DNA from: Octopus bimaculoides
Lineage: Eukaryota
Direction: 5' to 3'
DNA length: 64,000 bases
Assembly (NCBI RefSeq): GCF_001194135.2
Contig: NC_068999.1
Location: 13,645,766-13,709,765, forward strand
Shown here: positions 54,366-64,000 of the stretch, piece after piece
How the letters are laid out: every line of letters begins with the position of its first letter
Numbering within the stretch: the first letter of the stretch is position 1
Notes under the pieces: generated by a model
Seen by the model: only the letters and a program-made list of their open reading frames with translations
Databases searched by the model: none
Told to the model about the DNA's origin: nothing
Program-made: the position numbers and the translations under genes

Positions 54366-55712
54366 CTGTGACAGAAAATGAGGATTGCTTAGTAAGATCA
54401 TAATTTTGCAGTTTCCAATGATATCAGAGTCGATAACGCAGAGGCAAAAACATTGCGAAAGCAAATTTTGTGGTGAGGGCCATCTAAACCATTTACCATT
54501 TGCACAAGCCACCGTCGGCTGCCGTATTTCCATGATTGTTATGGACCTTTCATAGCAATCCGCATTCCTTACCGAGATTCGGACCTGGTTGTCAAGGTAG
54601 CCGTCGCACTCCATTCTGCTTTCGAATTGCCACTCGTCCCAAACATTTACGCGATGTGCTGTTGAAATGTCGCACACATCAACCAACACCCATCTTAGGT
54701 TACAAAACGATGAATGAAAAAAGCTGGATCTGTCTAAAATAATGGTAGATTTTTTTTTCTCTGTATGTGATTAGCCTGATGCGCTATTGAGAGGTGTCTG
54801 AAGACGTGGTAGCTGCAAAAGAGTAACCTTCGTCATGTCATATTTATTGGACAGAATATTCTCAACTCTCTCACAAAATATAAAATGTATTGGCTGTTTG
54901 AATTATAGTGAAACACCGGACATACATCATATAGTGAAAAGCATCAATGTTTTCCTCAGCAGTGGTAGTTACAAGACGTCCAAATGTTGATTTATCTCCC
55001 CCTCTTAAAATCATCTGGCCACATGTGTGTTGTTGATAACGGCTGCAGCAGCTATATCAACATGAATGACCTAGGGAGCTGCAGTCCATTTTCGCAGGTA
55101 ATTCATAATATCACAGTGATAAATGTAATCAATTTCCAAGAGATGTCGATACTAGTTAATTTTGAGATCTCCTTCCAGGAGTGAGATGCCAGTTAACTCA
55201 GAAAGAAAGATGGAATTGTTAATACGAAAGTTTCAGATTAATGCGCGCAAGCTTTCACGGCTCTAGCATCACTCCTTCATAGTTAGTTTTCGAAACTCCT
55301 CTCGTGAAATTTCAAACGGGCAAGTAGTGTCACATATTATTCGAATGGAAAATTCAACATTCAAGCAAGTAAACAATTTCTGCATTGTCAGGAAACTTAA
55401 AGAAAAGGTGCAAGATGCGTGCCCTTGAGATGAATGGAGGAATATATGCCACACGTGCGCAAACACATACATACACATATACACACACGTGCGCAAACAC
55501 ATACACACACATATACACACACACAATATATACATATACTCACATGCGCACACGCACTAACACATATATCATTTACGTATATAAAGATATATATATATAT
55601 TAGAAAAATTAGGTACACAGATATCTGGATGGTTGTACATTTACAGACTTTTATCTGAATACCTTATATTTTTTTCTAATATATCGTTCCTGTACATCAC
55701 CTCCAAACCTTG

Positions 55713-55749
<37 letters not shown>

Positions 55750-57200
55750 GTGGTATAAGGACATATATAGATTCGTGTTAAATGTAATATAAACTGAATC
55801 TCGTAAATCACTGAGTTCTCATATGTTTCAAATGTGCCGTAATATCGAGGCAATTGCTTTAGAAAAATAATTAATATGTCATGCAGTTTCTGCCAAACGT
55901 GTAATTTTTTATTCGGAAGCCTTTAATTTTATAGGCAGGAATTGTATTTATAATGGAGGTTACTGACCGAAACTTACATTCTATAATCTATATAACCATT
56001 AAAAAGAAAATAATGTGAAATAAATGTATGCGCTTACGTTTACTATGAAAAAAACATCAAGTTTGTTTAGCTGTCATTATATATTTTTTAACATATCCGT
56101 CACTAATAACATAATTGCTTGAATTATGGACATCTTACGAATAAATTCAATGCAGCGATTTAACATTTAATAACTGACATTTCAAATAACCCGTTATATA
56201 TAAATGGTATATGCAAAACAACGCTGCAGGCATTAATAAGTTTGTTACACTGGTGATCTATATAACTTGCAAAATAATAATTATATAGAATGAATATTGC
56301 TCAACTGAGTATAAGTTAAGCAATGTTTATTATATATATATATTTGTGTGAGTGCGTGTGTGTGTGTGTGTGTGTGTGTGCGTGTGTGTATGTGCGCGCG
56401 CGCGTGTGTGTGTGTGTGCCTGTGTGTGTGCGCGCGCGCATACACCTATATGTTTGTAGTGCTTCATCGTCTATTATTTTTCTGAAATTCAAACGCATGT
56501 CTGTTTACACACTAACAGCTCAGATAATCGTCTCGGCACTCGTGGCCATACAAAAGTTACTCGTGCGGTGTTTATTAGACTGCATATTAAAGATCGTGGA
56601 GATTTATCAAAATTTATCTGGCGTAACATTTATAAATAACATATCATCATGCATTGACAGTCTAAATACCTGTTGCCATATACCTGCACATAGGCTGTGA
56701 AACGAACAATTGCGATGCAATAACAGCGCCAAAAAGAAAACACCTGAAGTAAATATATCATCCGTTGTTAAATTCTGTTTTACATCTTATGTTAAGAGGC
56801 GATGATATCAATAATTTAAGTAGCGATACGATTATATATATAACACCAATATAGCGAAGGCTGTCTTTTTCTCCCATCATCACAGATGTTTTTTCTCAGG
56901 TTTTGTTTTTTTCCTGTATTTTATTTGTATGTGCCCATAAGAATTAGTTTTGACGCCGGTTTCCTCTTAGTTACTTCAAAAAAGAACAAATAAGCGCAAG
57001 TTCTGTTCCCTCGGCATATGGTTTTCGTGTTGCTGCTGTTACCCAGTAAATATACGCACATATATAAGAAAGTATGTATCAAACATAAATGTGTTGCCGA
57101 TATTCTCTGAGCGATATCACCTGGCCATACAAACCCTAGATGACAACGTTTTAGAGTGCTCTACGTATAGAAATTTGAAGTGATCTTACTTCCCTGACAG

Positions 57201-57298
57201 CAATAGTGAGAAAGCGACTAGCGCATGTCTGCAAATGCAAAACGCTCGATTGGATTCAAAATCATGAAAAATGCTCTGCCACCAGCAAACATCCACAA
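57201..57298 (+). CDS. Candidate 98-nt internal exon (xIVRKRLAHVCKCKTLDWIQNHEKCSATSKHPQ)
   Basis: Acceptor cttacttccctgacag, donor CAA|GTAAGT, a single open frame phase 1 to 0. No homology recognised. Confidence 0.25.
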
Positions 57299-57895
57299 GT
57301 AAGTACTTAATATATTATATTACAATTATGGACATGATGTTTTTTACATACATTGTAAGTTAAGTTCTCATGCTGCACTATTTTATCCATAAAAATCTAT
57401 AGTTTTACTTTACATCTGAAGTATATTGATTTGTTGTCAGGGATTCTCAATGATTGTCATGTGAGCTGATAGTCATTTTACTTTTTTTATTTTTTATATT
57501 TTTCCTATTGCAAATTTCTTATTTCCTTTGTATCTCCAAGAGGAAATCGTTTCCACTAATGTGTAACTTTCTTCAGCAGCTACCATCCGAATCACTTTAT
57601 AGTGAGTCTCCACTTACGGTAGAATAGGTCAGAAGGTCAATTATAATGTTGATGATCAAACAGCACTCTATAACTACCCAATATCCTTAAAGCTTAAGTA
57701 TTCATTTCCTTTCTAAATTATCTATATCAGGGTTTTTGAGAGCATTTATAGAAGGTACTATGATATGAACAAACACACTTTAGATAGATTAGAAATGCCA
57801 TTATATTTGGATGAAAATCTGTTGCAAATACGTCATACTGATTTTACAGTCTATATTTATACAGTTTACAACACTATATAAAAACTACACGATAC

Positions 57896-57935
<40 letters not shown>

Positions 57936-60154
57936 ACACACACACACACATACACACACACGCACGCACACAAACACACACATGAAAAATATGTGTGTGT
58001 GTATATGTATGTATGTTTCTATGTATACACCATCTCCATGTGTATACGTCTACATATTCTTATTTATGCATGAAGCATCTTTTTGAGAATGTACTATTGT
58101 TGTGCCTCTATGCGTTGTGATAAATATCAACAGATGCAGGTTCTATGTATCTTGAAATGCCTCTTGGCTTGATCAATTAACTACATAATCAAACTTGTAC
58201 ACAATAGCATCAAGGAAAATGATAATAAATTCTAACGATAACCAAACCACTTAAAAAAACGAAATTTACTGTATAAAATAAGGGTAATGATCTCTTTTAG
58301 AAAGGTTTCGTCTATAAATAATACTTGGTGATTACTGCTGATTGCCTGTCTCTGGACTCCTCTTTGTCTGCATGATAATACAATAGGTCTAGTAACACGT
58401 TGTTGATAATTGTAGTGAAAGAACTCAAACATAAGAGGTAACAAACCTGCAATGTTTTTCAGCTTATTGCTGCTCAGCCACGACGCCAATGAGGGAATCA
58501 ATCCAACAAAATGGCTTGTACAGTTTCGCTCAACCTGCGATGAATTGCAGCCTGGCTTCCTTGTATGATTCAATCTAGCGTTATTCAATGTAACTCTAGA
58601 ATGTATAGAACACTAAACTACTGGAATTCATTTGATCAGATGATTTCCTATATAGGTATGGTTTACGGATGAATATTGGAAATAATTGTCAACAACAGCA
58701 GTGACATCTACTGCCTCTGAGAGGCTGGATGTACGTCTGTTCATATTTAGCAGCATTAAGTATCATTTTTCAATGCAGAATACTATTATGAGAATAATAT
58801 TTATAAAATTACGACAAACGCTAGAAAAGTATTTGTGTAATTTTAAGCTAAACTAATATTGTTTCTTACATTTTGTATAGATTTTGTACATAATAAATAT
58901 TTTGTCTCGGGAGTATTTCTTGTGGAATGCGCAGAATTTTCTCCAAATTCAGCAGTGACAATATTCCATTAATAAATACTAATGAAGATATAGTTTTTTT
59001 TTGTTGTTTCTTTTTTTCAAATGCATTCTGCGATGATATCCTTAACTACTTAAATATTTCTGGCGGATACGAAAAGAAATATACATTTCAAAACAACGAG
59101 CATCGTACGCACTACATCTTGGTCATTTTAGAAATGAATGCTTAAGAGCAAATAACGTCAAATAACGTTTAATATATTGAAACATGTAAAAACACAAGCG
59201 TTTCAAATCTAAAGAATTCGTACCTCATACTCGTTTGCAAGGTAACCCTGGGTAACCAGGACTGAATCATGGCAAATAAAAATGATTTCAATGACAATGC
59301 GCTTCCTTTCGAAACACAATTACTGAATTTTTTTTTTCAAAGTAATAAGCGGTCACTTAATATTAAATGTTCATATGCTCTTTTCACAATAAGAATAACC
59401 AAATACTTTTCATAGTCATTGGACGCTATCTTCTGAAGGCATGAACATTACAGATATAGTATTTAATATCGTTATAACAAATTACTTTATTCCGGAAAAT
59501 AATATCAAATGAATATAACAAAAATTTAACATACCGTACATAATTCATATTCAATATTTTTTTCTGAATGTAGCCTGTATATTTGATAACGGCTGATGAC
59601 TTAATGCAGACTTTGCAATTCCATTTACGATCTAATTGAACATATATGATTTTAAAGTGGCAATATACAGACCTCATTTAACCTAAATTATTCCAATTAC
59701 ATCTACCAGTAAAATTTCAATCAATTTAACCCTTGTTAGTCTCTAGAAGTTCACTTCTTCGAGAAAGAAACGTATACTTGGAATATATTTCCTGCAGTTC
59801 ATTTCAGTTATTAAGCCTCTCTGTCGGAGATTTTCCGGTGAAAATCCATTATTTGGCTGAATTTCAATGCAATTTAAATAGGTGTAATTCAGTAATTTCA
59901 AATCTACTTCACTTGATCTTATGACAGTATAGTAGATACATCTTAATACTGTTCATATATCGATTTACTAGGATCAAACTAATTTTGCTTTAGCCTGCAG
60001 GTATTATGGAATGATCGAAACTTTTAGTATATATCAAAGTGCTCCTCTGCATTTTGTTCTCTTATCACCAGAATTTAATCTGTTTATCTACAAAGAAAAT
60101 TATCTGCAAGAGGATGTATGCCCGTGCCACTTGTTTTGCTCTGTATTATTACTA

Positions 60155-60479
<325 letters not shown>

Positions 60480-60504
60480 TTCGGTTGTCAAAGTTCCTAC
60501 ACAT

Positions 60505-60615
60505 ATTTTTTTGGGTTTGATTCCTAGTTCCGCCGTTGTCGACTTTACGTTTCGTCCATCCGGATACATACAATGAAATACTGATCAATTACTGGAACTG
60601 AGGTATTCAACTAGA
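60505..60615 (+). mobile_element. Highly degenerate SINE core
   Basis: gttccgccgttgtcgactttacgtttcgtccatccgg resembles the core at 42230. Confidence 0.55.
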
Positions 60616-63419
60616 CGCTTGATTACAAGCGTTCGTCTTGTGTCTATAATGGAAATAATTATTATTAATGTAGCATTGCTCTCCTAGTCCTAATTATTAC
60701 CATCCATCATTAACAATCACTTCCGCCTCCCTCTATTCATCCTCCTCCGCATTATCTTCATTATTATTAACGTAATGTGTTAAGTGATCCGTTTGTGTCA
60801 GCAAAATATGGCTTTGTTTTTTTTTTGTTTTTTTTTTTGTTTCTTGTAGCACATTACATTTATTTTTAAAATGAAGTAAGATCAAAATTACTTCATATGT
60901 TTCAGGGTCGATAAAAGATTATACCGAACGTGTATGATGTTCGAAATTATCAATGGCACCATTCCGCCAGTTACTTCTCTTGTACCTGTAATAGGAAGAA
61001 CTATATTCATTCGATTTTTGCGGTGAAAATATCGTCCAAGTTTCGGGAAATCTGCTTCATTTTTTTCCGAATTTGCTGATACAAAAATGAACCGTATTCT
61101 GTCGCAATGCGACAACAAAAGCGACGTTCCTTTTAACGAGTTCAGCTAGATTGGATGAAAGATATTTTTAACAACATTTGTTTCAACAGTAATTTGCTGA
61201 CAGATATAGGAAACGCCTCTTGGAAAAAAAGAAAATAAAAGACACGAACAGCTATCAAAATACCAAAAAATATATAATTCAATAAAATGGGAAAAAAATT
61301 CCTACCGTACAAAGCAGTATATATTTTTAAACACGAAAATGTAATGTTTTTGTGAACATCGACAATAACGATGAGAAATTTTTTTGTCTCTGCTGTTAGC
61401 AAAAGCAAGAACATGAATATTATCTATAGAATAGGCACTATTGTTTACAGATTATGGTTTTAGTACCGGAGGAAGTAACGATGAATCGATTCCAACCCTA
61501 TTTGATCTTATAATGTTGCGTAAATTAGTTCATTCTCTAGCAGAGAATGTCAGACTTTCCATTGTCTTTCTTTCCTCAAAGAACTTAATGAGAAATGATT
61601 GTTATAGTTTCATTGTTATTTCATTATTCGTCAGTTCTACATATATGGTTCACTATTTTCCTTGTGCTTTACTAATTTGTCTCCCACACACAAGCATATA
61701 CACTGTGTTGATATATACTTAAATAAGCAGTGTAGATAAGATGAAATTATATCTGCTTAACATGTTTGCTATTTGGCGAAAAGGATAGGTTACAATTAAA
61801 ATGTAGAGCAAGTAAAATATCCAATTATTATTATCTACAGAATTACTATCATGCTTAAGATTGCCTAATACGTTCTAGAAGCCAGTACACTGATAATGAA
61901 AACTACTAAGACTCAAAAACATTTTTTTCAAAATACCGATGGATTTCTTGTAATTGTATAAATCACATAATAATGAAAATTTACATCGCTCTATGACAAC
62001 CTACACCCCAAACAAGTTTCTTTCGTCCTGCTGTCTTTGTAGCGTCTAAGCTGAAGTGAAAACAGCATAGACTTTCTCTGTGTTCTTAACTTCTTAGAAG
62101 ATTTAAGTAATATTATACAAATGTGTCCGACTGCTTAAATTAATTCTTTTTTATTTATTTATGCAGCTGAGGATAGCTATGCATTTAAATTATGCGGATA
62201 AGTAGAACACACAATCAAATCGAACGTAGCACTACAAAAATGGATTGAGGAAAATAACATGCTGATCATCATTTGAAATTCTGTGTACAACTGGCTGGCA
62301 ATTAAGAACTTATATCTAGAATACCACAGATAAGCAAGCATTTCAGGTGTTATTGTATAGTTCTAGTGTGCATTTGTTGCCTTATTTTAAATTTAATTCT
62401 CAGTGATAGCTGTCAATACATGCAGTTTCTGAACCTGCAATTATTTCGGTCAAAATCCCTGCTTGATGCTTCGACCTATGCCAGAAAAAAAAAAATTGGA
62501 ATATTAAAATGTCCCAATATTTCGGCTTTTCAAGTTTTGAGAAATGTTTTTGATACCTTTGATGTACGAAAAGAAAGAACAAGAAATCCATTTTCAGCAC
62601 TGTTGTCATCCAAGGATTCACTGACATATATTTCTTTGGACTAAATAAGCTAACTACCAATATTGCGCAAAAGACATATGCAACTGAATTCTCAAAAGAT
62701 ATTTGCTGACGACAGTAGACTTAAAACAAAATTAGCTTTTTTACGGACCGGATACATGACTACGCAAAAATTACCAGACAAAAGAAAAAATGGAATGGAT
62801 CAAAGAATAAGCAGAGACGAGCTGCTTTTCACAGCTTAATTTCTAAGTAATTGATTTTTCTCCGTCTCTCACAATATATGTGTGTGCTTTTGGTTGTGTT
62901 TGTGCAAGTGTGTGAGTGTGCATGTGCATGCGTGTGCATGTGTACGTATCTGTGTCACTCCTGGATATAAAACTTGTTCATTTCTATATTCATTTGAATG
63001 CTTTAATTTCTGATTTTATGTGTATGATTAAAAATACGTTGTTCTGATGTGGTACTTTTTCTGCCGTCATTTTTATGCACTTAATCGTTTAGCTGACTCA
63101 TTGAAATACATTTTCCTGATTTTTTTTTTTTTTTCTCATAATCATATATTTGTAACTTAGCCACATATTTTACAATTATTTTAGATGTCTTCTTGAAAGT
63201 GAAATAACATTTTAAATGTAAGGCATGAATCAAAGACATAAAATAAAATTATTGAAAATTCATCATGATTTCTATATTGTTTTAATATAAAAACAATGAA
63301 TATTAATATCGAAGTTATTTTATTTTACGCGAAATATTATCTTCGTAACCATTTTCAGAAGTGTCTATGTTTCGAAATCATAGTACATGTAAAGTAACGA
63401 TAGCAATATCGTAGGATAA

Positions 63420-64000
63420 ATGCAATGCATAGATTATTTTTGCATACATAATTAGATATGACTATCACAATTTACTCCTTTCTTCAGGTTAGGTGCTTCG
63501 AAACAGTTGTTATGCGTCAAACAACTGACAAGGACGCTGCCATGTTTACGAATGGTTTTCACGCTTTAGTTATCGTCACGTCTCGCTTGAAGAATAATGT
63601 CGTCCAGGGCGATCGCCGTCCTCCCGAACGAATGAAAATATCACGTAAATTCATGCTCTGATCTTGCAGGACAATCGGCGATCAATTGAAAAATTTGTTG
63701 ATATGAATGGTGTATCCTGGAACTCCAGCTAACGAATTTAGAACGAGGAGTCGCGAATGAAATAAGTTGCAGTCAAAAGCAGTCAAGACTAAAGGCATGT
63801 CGTGAATTAAAAGACAGTTGGCAGTTGACCCAAACTTTTTCTAAGCTCATCTCTGGTGACGAAAACTGGTGCTACGCCTCTGACCTGGAAACGAAGCAGC
63901 ATGCAAGTGATTGTAAGAATTAAAGGATACCAGCCCCACCACCGATGTGCGTCATATGAAGTCCAATGTCAAGACAATGTTGATTTGTTTCATCGATGCT
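63420..64000 (+). mobile_element. Mariner transposase pseudogene, runs off the window end
   Basis: YEWFSRF-like segment; RTNENI...HALILQDNRRSIEK; LISGDENWCY (resembles ITGDETW, first catalytic D); SNVKTMLICFID. Stops and frameshifts are present. Confidence 0.88.

Overview
This is a very AT-rich eukaryotic draft-assembly window with 13 N-gaps, most of them flanked by (TA)n, and dense di-, tri- and tetranucleotide microsatellites. The tRNA-derived SINEs resemble those I recall from Octopus, so a cephalopod origin is inferred but not proven. No intact protein-coding gene is visible: nearly all long ORFs in the track are microsatellite or N-gap artefacts, and only a few short exon candidates can be suggested. 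The informative content is decayed mobile DNA. It includes several Penelope-like elements (PLEs, RT + GIY-YIG), at least three distinct C-terminal variants of R4/Dong-clade RLE retrotransposons, one Tx1/L1-clade remnant, three mariner remnants and about eight SINEs. The best lead is a module at 3537-3775, fused to the 3' end of a PLE, that combines a tRNA-type Pol III head with a minimal type I hammerhead ribozyme carrying two point mutations. The second lead is a set of short 5'-truncated R4/Dong 3' ends stacked inside (TAA)n microsatellites at 22650-23251 and probably 20079-20178.
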